Shown: positions 1-12,500, numbered from the stretch's first letter. The stretch is 64,000 bases of DNA from Microcoleus sp. (GCA_042408215.1 JAYFMW010000017.1:128001-192000); one strand, 5' to 3'. A program made the numbers and translations. The notes: a model not told the origin generated them from the letters alone.

Positions 1-1251
1 ATACAAGTCAAAAATCCCTGGAAATCCCTCCTCAAACCCTGGGAGGAAGTAGACCTTTGGCTGTTCGCCGCTTGCATCGGCCTCACCTTCTTTGCGGGAA
101 TCATGATCGGCAGCGTGGAACGAAACCAGGGGCTGATCGACTGGTGGCGACACTGGGTGACTGGGGGAGTCGGTTTGGTATTAGCAATCATCATTTCTCG
201 TTGCCGCTACGAAATCCTAATTGAGTGGAAATGGCCGATTTATATAATCATCAATTTGTCACTAATCGCGGTACGGTTTATCGGTACTGAGGGGCTCGGA
301 GCCCAGCGGTGGATTAATATCGGCGGCTTCTACTTGCAACCCTCAGAATTTGCCAAAATAGGGATGATCGTCACTTTAGCCGCTCTGCTGCAAGCTACCC
401 CAACGCCAACTGTGCGGGATATGTTGAGGATGCTGGCGATCGTGGCTGTGCCCTGGGGATTGGTATTTGCCGAACCAAATTTGGGCACTTCGCTGGTGTT
501 TGGGGCGATCGCAATGGGGATGTTTTACTGGGGTAATGTCAATCCCGGCTGGCTAATATTGCTCTTCTCTCCTCTCATCTCGGTTCTCCTCAACAACCTG
601 TCTATGCCGATTTGGATAGGGTGGGTAGTTATGGCGGGTGTTATCGCTTGGCTAAGCCTACCTTGGCAGTGGTTGGGAACTTTCGCTACTGTGGTAGTGA
701 ATGTGGTATCGGGACAAGTCGGACAGCTTTTTTGGGGTGCGCTGAAGGATTATCAAAAAATGCGGCTGACGGGGTTTTTAAACCCGGAGAAAGACCCTTT
801 AGGTAGCGGATATCACTTGATTCAATCTCGGATTGCGATCGGCGCTGGGGAACTGAAGGGCAGGGGTTTGTTTCACGGAACGCAAACTCAGCTTAACTTT
901 ATTCCCGAACAGCATACGGACTTTATTTTTTCAGCTATTGGCGAAGAATTGGGTTTCATTGGCTGTATTGGCGTGTTGTTTGTCTTCTGGATAATTTGTT
1001 TGCGGTTGGTGATTATCGCTCAAACTGCTAATGATAATTTTGGTTCTTTGTTGGCGATCGGCGTGCTGTCAATGTTGATTTTTCAGGTGTTCGTGAATAT
1101 TGGGATGAACATCGGTTTGGCTCCGGTGACGGGGATTCCGCTACCTTTCCTGAGTTACGGGAATGCCTCGCTGCTGAGTAATTTTCTGGGGCTGGGGCTG
1201 GTGGAGTCGGTGGCGAATCGGCGACAGCGCAAGAAGATGTGGAATAAGTAA
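1..1251 (+). CDS. rodA: Rod shape-determining protein RodA (SEDS family), 5' end outside window
   Basis: Multi-TM ORF with GAQRWI, QPSEFAK, GSGYHLIQSRIAIGAG, FIPEQHTDFIF and GIPLPFLSYG motifs; frame is open back to base 1. Confidence 0.9.
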   Translation: MQVKNPWKSLLKPWEEVDLWLFAACIGLTFFAGIMIGSVERNQGLIDWWRHWVTGGVGLVLAIIISRCRYEILIEWKWPIYIIINLSLIAVRFIGTEGLGAQRWINIGGFYLQPSEFAKIGMIVTLAALLQATPTPTVRDMLRMLAIVAVPWGLVFAEPNLGTSLVFGAIAMGMFYWGNVNPGWLILLFSPLISVLLNNLSMPIWIGWVVMAGVIAWLSLPWQWLGTFATVVVNVVSGQVGQLFWGALKDYQKMRLTGFLNPEKDPLGSGYHLIQSRIAIGAGELKGRGLFHGTQTQLNFIPEQHTDFIFSAIGEELGFIGCIGVLFVFWIICLRLVIIAQTANDNFGSLLAIGVLSMLIFQVFVNIGMNIGLAPVTGIPLPFLSYGNASLLSNFLGLGLVESVANRRQRKKMWNK

Positions 1252-1381
1252 TTGATCTAGAGTTTCTCAGGTAAATTAGGTATTGATGGGCCTAGGGCAT
1301 AGGGCCTAGGGCATAGGGCATTGAGCATTGGTAATTAATTGGTAATATTAAATCCTCTCTTCATCGGAATGATATAAACGG

Positions 1382-1497
1382 AGGACACGGCAGTGCCGTG
1401 TCCCTACAATTAATGGGGTAGGGAAACGGCATTGCCGTGTCCTCGAATGCCCGATGCCCAATTCCCAATTCCCAATTCCCAATTCCCAATTCCCAAT
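1382..1497. repeat. Two REP-like palindromes (ggacacggcagtgccgtgtcc type) followed by (cccaatt)n STRR heptamers
   Basis: Read directly between the convergent rodA and pxcA stops; the same palindrome recurs at ~57058-57080. Confidence 0.8.
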
Positions 1498-2855
1498 TAC
1501 TCGTTCATATTTTTGTAAGTAGCAACTGCTGAAGGCGAACTCCGGTTCAAGTAGCGGAATATCCAATACTTAAATACCGCATCTAAGATCACTGGAAACG
1601 TCGCAATAAACAGAAAGATGAACTGCCTATTTTCTGGGAGTCCCAAATGCCTGGATAAACCTTCAAGAATCACTTCCCAACCGTGAGGAGAGTGAAATCC
1701 GACAAACACATCAGTAAACAAAATAATAATGAAAGCCTTAGCACTGTCGCTGAGACCGTAAATCACGTCGTCCATGAAAGACTTTAAAATCTCAATTTCT
1801 TTCTTGTTATTCAGGAGAATCCAGACAAAGGCAGCGCAGGAGAGTAAATCGGCAAAAATATTTTTGATGGCTCCACCACTTTCTTCGCGGTATTCCTCCG
1901 CTAGCTCAACTGCTTTCTCTTCAATCTTCTTTTCCCTTTCCTCTGAAGAAAGGGATGGAGCCATGCCAATTAATGTTTCAAATTTTAGGTGCTGCTCAAA
2001 TCTCTCCAGTTCTTTAAATGCTTCTTCTTCCAAGTCAACATTTATGAATAGGGCGGCATTATTTTTAACTCTAACCTGGTCAACGATCGGACCGATTATA
2101 AAATTTTTGCAAAGTTGATTCGTCAACAGAGGAATTAAAATCAAAAGTAAAATAAATCTCAGAGAAATGACTGTTTTTACTTGGGAATTGCGAAAATTCT
2201 TAACTACTTCTTTTTCCGCCTCCGGGTCTAATTCTTTAGTAATTCGATTGAGAGTTCCCAAAAGCGATCTGGGTAATAAATTTACCTCTTCAAAGTTAGT
2301 GTCAACCGCGTCAAGGGAATTATTGTTTGAGTTAGCTGAAACGTTATTTTCCTTAGGGTTCTGGCTGCGATTTCTATACTTTACGGGAACATTTGCCTCA
2401 TTGACAACCGGAACAATAGCAGTTGATCTACCATTAATGTACTTGCCAGTTACCCCATCAATAAACTCTAGCTTCTCAAAGATCAGCGATGCTCGATCTT
2501 TAGTATTTATACCTAATCCATGCAGGTAATTATCCGCTAAGTGTCCCCCCTTCGGTTTAGCCGCCACCCGCTCTGGGAGTTCCAAAAAAAAACGGCTAGC
2601 ATTAAACTCAACCATTCGAGTTTCGATGACTTTGAGGTATTTTTGGAGTTCGGTTTTAAAATAAGAGAGAGTGCTGTGTCCGTAATCGCCAGCTCGATCG
2701 GAAATTGGTTGACCACCAAAATGCTCGTCTTCGATCGCCCTAATGGCTAAGGCAGCATCGTAGGCCTGTCCTAGGGCCCTCTCAGGCGTTTCTCTATACC
2801 ATTGGCGGGCACTGTAGAGATATTTTACAAATCTGTTCCAGGGAGAAGTATTCAT
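1497..2855 (-). CDS. pxcA: Proton extrusion protein PxcA (CemA family)
   Basis: N-terminal [25 protein letters not shown]-terminal [27 protein letters not shown]...[19 protein letters not shown]emA signature. Confidence 0.93.
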   Translation of the reverse strand: MNTSPWNRFVKYLYSARQWYRETPERALGQAYDAALAIRAIEDEHFGGQPISDRAGDYGHSTLSYFKTELQKYLKVIETRMVEFNASRFFLELPERVAAKPKGGHLADNYLHGLGINTKDRASLIFEKLEFIDGVTGKYINGRSTAIVPVVNEANVPVKYRNRSQNPKENNVSANSNNNSLDAVDTNFEEVNLLPRSLLGTLNRITKELDPEAEKEVVKNFRNSQVKTVISLRFILLLILIPLLTNQLCKNFIIGPIVDQVRVKNNAALFINVDLEEEAFKELERFEQHLKFETLIGMAPSLSSEEREKKIEEKAVELAEEYREESGGAIKNIFADLLSCAAFVWILLNNKKEIEILKSFMDDVIYGLSDSAKAFIIILFTDVFVGFHSPHGWEVILEGLSRHLGLPENRQFIFLFIATFPVILDAVFKYWIFRYLNRSSPSAVATYKNMNE

Positions 2856-3262
2856 CAGAAAAATGGGTTGGAAACCCCGTCCTTATAGGACGGCTTTATA
2901 TTGAATTTGGATACCATTACCGCCTTGGAGTTGCTTGAATCGGTGTACTTTTGTGTTGTACTTTCAACGGGACAGTTACCGTTTCAAATCTCACAACCCT
3001 GTACGCATAATGGTTTGCTCTCGCGAGCCTCCCTTGCGGGGTAATATTAGCTTCGCCAATGTTTGGCGTGCTTTTTAAACCTGCAACACTGTTTCAGTGA
3101 CCTTAAAACTGTTTAATCGCAGATGACAGAGCGGAAAACTAGCTTCGCATTCAAGGAGTGTCGTGACTCAAAAAACGTAGTACGCACTGGTACTTAGGCT
3201 GGTCAGGATGGCTTGTTAGATTTCTCTTTCAAGCCTCATGCCTTTAGGCTGAGGTTCCTGAC
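2856..3262 (-). mobile_element. Non-autonomous IS200/IS605-family element carrying a HEARO/omega-RNA scaffold but no iscB ORF
   Basis: Left end TTCAT|cagaaaaatgggttggaaaccccgtccttataggacggc resembles the left end of the tnpB element at 62125; the other end has hairpin cctcatgcctttaggctgagg then ...TGAC; interior aligns with 57218-57465. Confidence 0.8.
3027..3262 (-). ncRNA. HEARO/omega-RNA-like scaffold (IscB/IsrB guide RNA)
   Basis: Minus strand gtcagg..gcttg..caagc..cctgaccagcctaag..ctacgtt..gacac..tgcgaagctagtt..gctctgtc..ttaaacag..cagtgttg..aacattggcgaagc..attaccccgcaaggga follows the HEARO motif order as I recall it; compensatory changes versus the second copy. Confidence 0.78.
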
Positions 3263-3295
3263 GGTATATTAGCAAACTTACTTAGATTAGAAATC

Positions 3296-5470
3296 GTGTC
3301 CTCGGATTCAATTTGGATTGTCGGAGCCGCCCGCAGTGGCAAAACCACTCGCCTCATTGAGCAGTTCTGCCTTTGGAGCAAAAGTGTCAAGCCTCTGTCA
3401 GCAACAGTTTCAAGTCGCTGGCGTTCCGGGCGTCGCAGGCTCGGACAGACGGGCCCAGCAATTTTAGTGTTAGCCGCTAATGGCGACAATCGACTCGAAT
3501 TAGCCGATCGCATCGCCACTGCCACCCAAGGAAAATATACCTTTCACTCGACCACACCGTTCGGATTTTTCGAGCAGGAAGTGATGCTGTTTTGGCCGCT
3601 CCTAGTTCAGTCACTGGACTTGAGGGTCCAATTTCCCCTGCGGCTGCAACCCGAAACAGAACTAGAACTGGCGGCCAGACTCTGGCGTCGCGAACTAGAC
3701 GAAGGCATTTTGCAACAAACAGGGGTAAGTCGAAACCGAATGGTGCGTCGAACTCTAGACTTATTGCAACTGGCTGCTGTGGGCGGTACACCGGCGATCG
3801 AGATTCCCGAAATTCTCGAACAGGGATTGGCTGGGGAGGCTGGCTCAACCAGCCTCTGGGCTACTATGGGAGAGTTGCTCGACAGGTGGCGAGAATGGTG
3901 CTTGACGCGGGGATTCCTGACTTACGGGATTATTTGCGAACTCTACTGGCGCTATCTGTTGCAGGATGGCACTTACCAGCAGCATTTGCTCGATCGCTAC
4001 CAAGCAGTCATGGCAGACGATATTGACGATTATCCAGCCATTAGCCGCCACTTGTTTGAGTTGCTGCTAGACCGAGGTGCAGCCGGGGCCTTCACCTACA
4101 ATCCTGATGGAGGAGTGCGCTTGGGTTTGGGGGCTGACACGGAATATATGGCCGGACTCGAAACACGCTGCAATCGAGTGGAAAACTTGGACAGACAAGC
4201 AGGTTTAGCCCAAGAAATAGGCGAGTCGGTGGTAAATTTGGCAGTTAATGCTGATAGTTTTTATGGTTTAGAGTTGAGTTTGCCGGCATCGGTGCGATCG
4301 ATCTCTACGACATCCCGGGCCCAACTGCTGCGAGAAACCGCCGAAATAATTGCTGAGGCTGTGAAGTCAAAAGCCGTGGCACCAGAGGAAATAGCGGTAA
4401 TTGCCCCCGGGATGGATGCGATCGCTCGCTACAGCCTCACGGAAATTCTCGGCCGCGACAACATCGCCGCCGAATCCCTTAACGATCAGCGTCCCCTGTC
4501 AAGTACCCCAGCCATTCGAGCTTTGCTGACGTTGCTAGCCTTAGTCTATCCCGGACTCGGCCGGTTAGTCGATCGAGATGCTGTCGCCGAAATGCTGGTA
4601 GTCTTAAGCAGCCAGAGAAACCGGGAATTAGACACCGAAGGCTCCAACTCGATTTTCAATCCCCAATCCCCAATCCCAAATCCCAAATCGATCGACCCGG
4701 TGAGAGCCGGTTTAATCGCCGATCGCTGTTTTCGTCCAGAGATCGATCGGCCGAGCTTGCTGCCAATTACAGCCTTTCCCCGATGGGATCGACTTGGACA
4801 CCGAGCCGCTGGGGCTTACGAGCAGATTTTGGAGTGGATTGAAGAACAGCGGACGCAACAACAGCAGCGGCTGCTACCAAGTCCAATTTCCCTACTCGAT
4901 CGAGCGATCCAGAAATTTCTGATTTCAGACAGATACCTCCCCTACGATCGACTAGCAGCCCTGCGCGAGTTAATGGAAACCTGCGCCCACTACTGGCAAA
5001 TAGACGAGCGAATGCAGCGTGTAGAACACTCGAAGGGCGGCGAATCAGAAACGATCGCCCGCTTCATCCAGTTGTTGCGCCAAGGAACCGTCACCGCCAA
5101 CCCCTTTCCAGTCCGTCCAGACGGTTCGGCCGCCCCAGCCGTCACCCTCGCCACCATCTTTCAGTACCGCAGCAGCCGCCGCGCCCACAAATGGCATTTT
5201 TGGCTAGATGCTGGCTCGCCCCTGTGGCTGAGTGGCGGGGCGGCGACTCTGTTTGGGGCTCCTTTATTTTGGCGATCGCAACTGGGAAAAAAGGGGCAAA
5301 GCGAAGACGAAACAGACGCTGGGCAACAGCGGCTGCGGCGAATTCTGCTAGATTTGTTAAGTCGTTGTTCCGTGCTTTACCTTTGCCACAGCGAACTATC
5401 CGTCAGTGGACAAGAACAAACAGGGCCTATGATGCCGCTAATTCACAGTTCTGTTTCTTACCAGAGGTGA
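3296..5470 (+). CDS. Conserved cyanobacterial P-loop protein, UvrD/helicase-like N-terminus
   Basis: Walker A GAARSGKT near the N-terminus, degenerate DDIDD Walker-B-like segment and EEIAVIAP motif; 724 aa. Confidence 0.6.
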   Translation: MSSDSIWIVGAARSGKTTRLIEQFCLWSKSVKPLSATVSSRWRSGRRRLGQTGPAILVLAANGDNRLELADRIATATQGKYTFHSTTPFGFFEQEVMLFWPLLVQSLDLRVQFPLRLQPETELELAARLWRRELDEGILQQTGVSRNRMVRRTLDLLQLAAVGGTPAIEIPEILEQGLAGEAGSTSLWATMGELLDRWREWCLTRGFLTYGIICELYWRYLLQDGTYQQHLLDRYQAVMADDIDDYPAISRHLFELLLDRGAAGAFTYNPDGGVRLGLGADTEYMAGLETRCNRVENLDRQAGLAQEIGESVVNLAVNADSFYGLELSLPASVRSISTTSRAQLLRETAEIIAEAVKSKAVAPEEIAVIAPGMDAIARYSLTEILGRDNIAAESLNDQRPLSSTPAIRALLTLLALVYPGLGRLVDRDAVAEMLVVLSSQRNRELDTEGSNSIFNPQSPIPNPKSIDPVRAGLIADRCFRPEIDRPSLLPITAFPRWDRLGHRAAGAYEQILEWIEEQRTQQQQRLLPSPISLLDRAIQKFLISDRYLPYDRLAALRELMETCAHYWQIDERMQRVEHSKGGESETIARFIQLLRQGTVTANPFPVRPDGSAAPAVTLATIFQYRSSRRAHKWHFWLDAGSPLWLSGGAATLFGAPLFWRSQLGKKGQSEDETDAGQQRLRRILLDLLSRCSVLYLCHSELSVSGQEQTGPMMPLIHSSVSYQR

Positions 5471-5533
5471 GCGGTGGTTAGAAAGTAGAATGCTGTTGAA
5501 GGCACTTATTTATAAGGCATTCGTCATAGTTCA

Positions 5534-5854
5534 TTGACACTCCCCGGTCTGTCATAGGCGGGGATTCTTAAGACTTTGCGGCCTTAATATCCCGCGCCAG
5601 CGTGGGTTTCCGGGCGCAATCATGTGGCCAAAAATGGCGGTCTGCTATCAAGGGTTTTGCAACTAGATCCTCGGTCGTAACTTTCCCCCAGTCCGGGGGT
5701 AGGTTTTAATGTCTTGTACTGACAAATGTTATTTTACCACGCCAAAACACTGTGTTAACATGATTCGGCACGATCGGTAAATCAAGGCTGGATTTATCCT
5801 GAAACTGCCTTTCATCCCTGGACTAAAGTCGATCGGGTTTTCAGGCTATTCTTT
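5534..5854 (-). mobile_element. ORF-less IS200/IS605 derivative (left end + TnpB reRNA-like right end)
   Basis: Minus strand TTAT|aaagaatagcctgaaaacccgatcgactttagtccagggatgaaaggc ... gaatccccgcctatgacagaccggggagtgTCAA; right end resembles that of the tnpB element at 60836. Confidence 0.7.
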
Positions 5855-6155
5855 ATAACAAATCATGAATGCAAATCTTTGCATTTGTACCCTTCAGGAT
5901 AAATCCTTGGTTGCTACGGCGATATTTGCGATATTAAAGTGTACCCACAGACATACATCAAGAACGTGCAAAAATTAATATTTTGATAACTCAAAGATGC
6001 CCGCTTAAAAAATACCTATAGCCATAGCAAATTGGATTGAGTATGTTATAAATGAGCTGGATTATTAATCAACTTAAAGCCAAAATTTTGGCAACAAACT
6101 GATACTAATCAGTTCTTAAAGTCAACAGGTATCGTCGTTTAAAGGAGCCAAAATT

Positions 6156-9100
6156 ATGCCAAGTGCAGTGCCAGCAGGATTTCTAGAAGGTGGGCCCATA
6201 TTCATACTCGGGCCTGACGAAACGATCGGGCCCACACCCACACCGACACCCACACCCACACCGACACCCACACCCACACCGACACCCACACCCACACCGA
6301 CACCCACACCCACACCGACACCCACACCCACACCCACACCCACAACCACCGGCGACGATACATTCGGCGGCATAGACGACACCTTGAACGGAGGCAATAC
6401 TATACCCGCAGTCATCGGGGGAATAGTCCGTGGCACAGACATAAACGACTCCTTAGTTGGCAGTCCAGGCCCCGACGTGATTTCCGGGCTGCAAGGCAAC
6501 GACAACCTGCAAGGCGCCGACGGCGGCGACCTGATATTTGGCAACGAAGATGATGACGTACTCTTTGGCGGGCCAGGGAACGACGTTCTAGACGGCGGTT
6601 CAGGACTCGATACCCTGTACGGAGGGAAAGGCAACGACTCCCTAGACGGGGGAAATAATCCCGACTTGCTTTATGGCAATGACGGCAACGACACCGTAGT
6701 GGGCGGTGAAGGCAGAGATACCCTGTACGGTGGTAAAGGCAACGACAGTATGCGTGGGGGCTTGGGCGATGACAGTATGTTGGGCGATCGAGGCGACGAC
6801 GTTCTTTGGGGCGACCAAGGTAACGACTCCCTGTTCGGCGGCGACGGCGAAGACCTGCTATTTGGCAACGAAGGAGGCGACTGGCTCTACGGTAACACCG
6901 GGGCAGACACAATTTTTGCCGGTGATGGCGACGACATCGTTTTCGGCGGTGATAGCGACGACATCGTTGATGGCGGTGCTGGCAACGACGTGCTTTGGGG
7001 CGAAGGAGGCAAAGACTTAGTGACAGGAGGCGAAGGCAAAGATGTCTTCGTCATCAGTGGCTTTACTTCTCCAGGCGGCAGCGGCAGCACGAACCCCGTA
7101 TTTATCACCAGCGGCGGCCCAGACATTGGTGACGCCGATATTTTCACAGATTTTCGCCAAGGCGAAGATTTAATTGGATTGGGCGGCGACCTCAAGTTTG
7201 AAGACTTGATCATCTTCCAAAGCACCGACACCCAAGTTGGTAGCACCATTATTCGCAACGGCGTTAGCGGCGACTTTTTAGCAGTATTGCCTGGAGTGGA
7301 CAGCAGAACGATCGGCCGAGGTAGTTTTGTGATTGGCGCGTCAGTTCCCGGCAGCGCTACCCCTCTCCCCACACCAACTCCAACACCAACTCCAACACCG
7401 ACTCCCACACCAACTCCCACACCAACTCCCACACCAACTCCCACACCAACTCCGACAGACAGTCCGACACCAACACCGACACCAACTCCGACACCGACGC
7501 CGATCTTCCCGACACCGACACCAACTCCGACGCCGACGCCGACGCCGACACCAACTCCTGCTATTCAGTTCCCCAACCAGCCTCCAAGAGCAGTCAATGA
7601 CAACTTCACCACAGTTGCGGGACAAACACTTAATCTCAACGTCCTATTAAACGACACCGACTCGGACAATAACCCTCTGACTGTCACCACTTTTACTTCA
7701 ACAGCCAAGGGGCAATTGACTCCCTTGGGCGGCGGCACGTTCCAATACACGCCGATCGCAGGCTTCTCTGGTGCTGACAGCTTCAGCTACTCCATCTCGG
7801 ATGGCAAAGGCGGTACAAGTCAGGCGACAGTAACAATCAACATCAGCAGCCCGCCGAAGCTAGCAATTAACGATGGTGTAGTCGTTGCTAAAACTGCTCC
7901 TATCCAGACAATTACGGCGGCCGATTTGTTAGTCACAGACAGTGACAACACGCCGTCGGAAATTGTTTACACGATTACTCAAGCCCCCAGCGCCAACAAA
8001 GGCTTTGTCCAAAGGGGCAGCACCTTGCTGAATGTCGGCAGCAAATTCACCCAAGACGACATCAACAACAACATCATCAAATACAACCTGTTAGCGACGG
8101 GTGGCAGCGACAGCTTTACGTTTACAGCCTCAGACGGTTCTGCGACGATCGGGCCGGCATCCTTCAGTATCACTGTGGTAGATAATATTGTCGATCGCAG
8201 CAACGTCCCAGCCAGCAGCTTTACAGGCAGCAACCTCAGCGACTTCATCGTCGGCGGGGCTGGTAACGATACCCTCTTGGGCGCTGATGGCAATGACATC
8301 ATCGATGGCAGGGCTGGCGACGACCTCGAATTCGGTCAAGCAGGCAACGACTCCGTACTGGGTTTTACAGGCAACGACACCCTCGACGGAGGCGAAGGCA
8401 ACGACACCATAGACGGCGGTGACGGCATCGACTCCCTAATCGGCGGATTGGGCAATGACCGGATGTTCGGCGGCAATGACGACGACATCCTGTTGGGCGG
8501 TGAAGGCGGCGATACCATTGACGGTGGAACAGGCAATGACTCCGTACTGGGAGAAGCAGGCGACGACTCGATACTTGGCGGTGTTGGCAACGACACCTTA
8601 TTTGGCGGCATTGGCGACGACACCTTCGACGGCGGTGTTGGTGATGACATCCTCGACGGCGGTGCTGGCAGAGACTTGCTCGACGGGGGTATCAATAACG
8701 ACTCCCTCTTGGGTGGCGAAAGCGAGGACACCATTTTGGGTGGAGACGGCAACGACACGGAACTCGGAGGTGCGGGCAACGACTATCTGTTGGGCGAAGC
8801 GGGCAACGATTCCCTGTTGGGAGAATCGGGGGACGACACCATAGATGGCGGTATTGGCAGCGACAATCTCAGCGGCGGGTTCGGCAACGACTTGGTGCTG
8901 GGCGGCGATGATAACGACTCCCTCGACGGCGGTGCGGGCAACGACATTCTGGGTGGCGGGGCTGGTTCCGACTTGCTCACCGGCGGTGCTGGCGATGATT
9001 TCTTCTACTACGAAACTCCCAGCGAAGGCGTGGATGTGATTGCTGACTTTAACACCGGCACCAGCGGCAGAGACAGGTTCTTGTTCAGGTCGGCAAACTT

Positions 9101-9449
9101 TGGCGGCTTTACCAACTCCGGCACTACTAACGATTTCACCAGTTTTATCGTCAGGAATATCGGCTCTAGTGGCGACAACATCGGCAAGCAAGCTGTCATT
9201 TTGTTTGAAAATAAATTCGACAACGCTCAAGCAGTGAATGCAGTGTTGAAAAATCAAAACGGTTCGGAAGCGGCGGGAGCTTTCTTTGTGTACCTGAATA
9301 ATACTTTCAACAAGTATGTTCTCGGCTTCGATCCGAATGCGACTGATGACAGTCTCCCAGCTTTCGATTTGGCTGTGTTGAATACTATTCCGACGGTTCC
9401 GGGCGCTCTGAGCACGGTGATTACAGCCTCTGACTTTAAGTTTATTTAG
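6156..9449 (+). CDS. RTX/hemolysin-type Ca-binding surface protein with PT linkers, Ig-like (Big_9) and cadherin-like domains
   Basis: Many GGxGxDxLx nonapeptides, (PT)n tracts, [11 protein letters not shown]...LLNDTD Ig-like domain, C-terminus ...DFKFI. Confidence 0.88.
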   Translation: MPSAVPAGFLEGGPIFILGPDETIGPTPTPTPTPTPTPTPTPTPTPTPTPTPTPTPTPTPTPTTTGDDTFGGIDDTLNGGNTIPAVIGGIVRGTDINDSLVGSPGPDVISGLQGNDNLQGADGGDLIFGNEDDDVLFGGPGNDVLDGGSGLDTLYGGKGNDSLDGGNNPDLLYGNDGNDTVVGGEGRDTLYGGKGNDSMRGGLGDDSMLGDRGDDVLWGDQGNDSLFGGDGEDLLFGNEGGDWLYGNTGADTIFAGDGDDIVFGGDSDDIVDGGAGNDVLWGEGGKDLVTGGEGKDVFVISGFTSPGGSGSTNPVFITSGGPDIGDADIFTDFRQGEDLIGLGGDLKFEDLIIFQSTDTQVGSTIIRNGVSGDFLAVLPGVDSRTIGRGSFVIGASVPGSATPLPTPTPTPTPTPTPTPTPTPTPTPTPTPTPTDSPTPTPTPTPTPTPIFPTPTPTPTPTPTPTPTPAIQFPNQPPRAVNDNFTTVAGQTLNLNVLLNDTDSDNNPLTVTTFTSTAKGQLTPLGGGTFQYTPIAGFSGADSFSYSISDGKGGTSQATVTINISSPPKLAINDGVVVAKTAPIQTITAADLLVTDSDNTPSEIVYTITQAPSANKGFVQRGSTLLNVGSKFTQDDINNNIIKYNLLATGGSDSFTFTASDGSATIGPASFSITVVDNIVDRSNVPASSFTGSNLSDFIVGGAGNDTLLGADGNDIIDGRAGDDLEFGQAGNDSVLGFTGNDTLDGGEGNDTIDGGDGIDSLIGGLGNDRMFGGNDDDILLGGEGGDTIDGGTGNDSVLGEAGDDSILGGVGNDTLFGGIGDDTFDGGVGDDILDGGAGRDLLDGGINNDSLLGGESEDTILGGDGNDTELGGAGNDYLLGEAGNDSLLGESGDDTIDGGIGSDNLSGGFGNDLVLGGDDNDSLDGGAGNDILGGGAGSDLLTGGAGDDFFYYETPSEGVDVIADFNTGTSGRDRFLFRSANFGGFTNSGTTNDFTSFIVRNIGSSGDNIGKQAVILFENKFDNAQAVNAVLKNQNGSEAAGAFFVYLNNTFNKYVLGFDPNATDDSLPAFDLAVLNTIPTVPGALSTVITASDFKFI

Positions 9450-9463
9450 CTTTCTTCAGTCAT

Positions 9464-9534
9464 TAGACATCTCCAGAATTTAAGTTTTAGCCTAGACACC
9501 ATCAGGCTTGCAGACTCATTATTGGAGATGTCTA
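9464..9534. mobile_element. 71-bp MITE-like element with TIR tagacatctcc/ggagatgtcta
   Basis: Perfect 11-bp inverted repeat; same ends and length at 12793-12863 and 24451-24521. Confidence 0.7.
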
Positions 9535-9570
9535 TTTAATTTTTGAGTAGCGTCGCAAGGAGGCGGAACA

Positions 9571-12500
9571 ATGCCAAGTGCAGTACCAGCAGGTTTTCTC
9601 GAAGGGCAGGCACCGTTCCTGTTCCGGGATAGTAACGGGAATATTTCGGATATCATCGGTACGGTGCCGTCGCCGACGTCATCTACCGGTACAACGACGT
9701 CATCTACCGGTACAACGACGTCATCTACCGGTACAACGACGTCATCTACCGGTACAACTACGTCGTCTACCGGTACAACTACGTCGTCTACCGGTACAAC
9801 TACGTCGTCTACCGGTACAACTACGTCGTCTACCGGTACAACTACGTCGTCTACCGGTACAACTACGTCGTCTACCGGTACAACTACGTCGTCTACCGGT
9901 ACAACTACGTCGTCTACCGGTACAACAGCGATTTCGATAACGCCTGTGTCGCGGTCAACTCCGATCGCCCCTCCGACTCCACCAGTACCAATATTTGTCG
10001 ATGGCATAGTGGTAGGAAGGAGCATCGCTGATTATTTCATCGGTAGCTTGTTTAATGACACGATTTCCACCCGTGAAGGCGATGACACGATTCTCGGTCG
10101 CGACGGGGATGATTTACTCAGAGGGGAGGATGGTAACGATTATCTCAATGGTGGAGCCGGCAAGGATATTGTTGACGGTGGCCCTGGTAACGATACCGCA
10201 CGGGGCGGTAAAGGCGATGACTTGGTTATTGGCGATCGGGGCGACGATCAAGTTTTTGGCGATCGGGGCAACGATACTGTCTTGGGAGCTGAAGGTAATG
10301 ATACGCTTTATGGCGGTAAGGGGAATGATTCTCTGCGCGGAGGTGCCGAGGATGACCTCATTTTTGGCGACAAGGGCAATGACAGTGTTTTTGGTGACAC
10401 GGGCAACGATTGCTTACAGGGCGGTGCTGGGAATGACTTGCTGTTCGGCCTGGAGGGCGGGGACATCATCAGTGGCGGTGTTGGCAATGATACTGCTGAC
10501 GGCGGCGAGGGAGATGACCGACTATTTGGGGGTGATGGCAATGATGTTTTGATTGGTGGCGCTGGAGATGATTTTCTGGCGGGCGATCGCGGTGCTGATA
10601 CTCTGACTGGAGGCGATGGTGCGGATATCTTTGTCGTCGGTAGGGTTGGCACATCCCCGGCGGGCAGCGGGTTTCTCACTACTGGTGGGCCACAAATCGG
10701 CGATGCTGATTTAATTAGAGATTTTAAGGCTGGAGATTCGATCGGTCTCGCTGGAGGTTTGAGCTTTACAGACTTAGAAATATTCCAGGGTCAAGGATCG
10801 AATTCTAGCAACACAATTATTAAAGATAAGCGCACTGGTGAATTTTTGGCGGTCTTAATTGATGTTAGGACTAACGCGCTAGATGAATCGAAGTTCACGA
10901 CAGCTCAAATACCGCCTGTAGACGAAAATCCCTTCATAATTCAGGGAACAACGACTTCTACCACAACGGGTACAACGACTTCCACAACGGGGACAACGAC
11001 TTCCACAACGGGAACAACGACTTCCACAACGGGGACAACGACTTCCACAACGGGGACAACGACTTCCACAACGGGGACAACGACTTCCACAACGGGGACA
11101 ACGACTTCTACCACAACAACAACTCCAACACCAACTCCAACTCCAACACCAACTCCAACTCCAACACCGACTCCAACTCCAACTCCAACTCCAACACCGA
11201 CACCGACAACTCCAACCCACACCACTCCAACTCCAACACCGACACCGACTCCAACTCCAACACCGACACCGACTCCAACACCGACACCGACTCCAACACC
11301 AACACCGACTCCAACACCAACACCAACGCCGGGAACATTGCCCACACTGGTTCCGAGTCCGAGTCCGACTCCGAAGTACGAGTACGAGTTCTTCGATCGT
11401 CCCAACTCCCACTTTGCCGAGTCCAACTCCGCCGGCTTTTCCATCTGCGACTCCTAACCAGCCGCCCATCGTCGAAAGTGGCAAGACGCTGACGGGTTTG
11501 CAGAATTTGCCTCTGTCTCTGAGTATTTCAGCGCCGAGTGACCCGGAGGGCCAAGCGCTGTCGATCGCGGTTGTAGGACTTCCTAATCCTACTTTCGGTC
11601 TGGTAGTGACCGGTACAAGCCCGATCGCCGTGAACCAAAAATTAACCGTTCAGGATTTACTCGGCTTGACATTTAAACCTGCAACTAACGCCATTGGACA
11701 AGCTGGATCTTTCAGCTACAGCGTCGCTGACGATCAGGGCGGCACAGCAGCAGCAGTCAGTCGCAATTAACATCAATTCTTTCAATACCTCCGTAACTAC
11801 TCCGACTATCCTTGGGCCGATCGCAGTCGATGACGGCATCATATTTACGAGTACGAACAATTTGCTGCCGACATTCATCGACGCGCTAGCAAACGACTTC
11901 CAGCCCGCAACAAAAAGGTCAGCTCAACATTATCAACGTCAGCGCACCGACACTGGGCATAGCTGTAAATCTCGTTTCTCAGGTGCAGTTCATCTCTGGG
12001 AATGTAGCGGGTACAACTGCTTTCACCTACAGTGTCAGCGATGGCATCGGAACAACTCCAGGCAGAGGTACTATCACCGTTGAAATCCTGCCGGCAGATA
12101 GCGGGCCAAACAATCTAATTGGGGGTTCTTTGGCAGATAATTTTAACGGTTTGGCAGGCAGCGATACTGTTGATGGCAGAGGTGGCAACGATACGATTAA
12201 CGGCGGTTTGGATAACGACGTGCTGATAGGGGGCTTTGGGGTCGATACCATGACTGGAGGTGGTGGCGGCAATCAATTCCGCTATACCAGTCCTGGGGAG
12301 GGAGGGCCGGTCTTTGACGCTGCTTCTTCGGCGGCAATTGATGCGGCGATCGCCGCGGGCGGATACGATTTAATTACTGATTTTACTGGTCTGGGAGTGC
12401 CGATCGCCGATCAGTTCAATTTTGCCCCCGGATTCCCGAATGTCACCAGCACGAACGAAGTTTTACTGCCGGTACAAACAACCGTTTCATCTAATATTTT

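Noticed and set aside
6122..12272. Many overlapping and antisense ORFs ([18 protein letters not shown] types)
   Set aside because: Shadow frames of the PT, Thr-rich and RTX repeats
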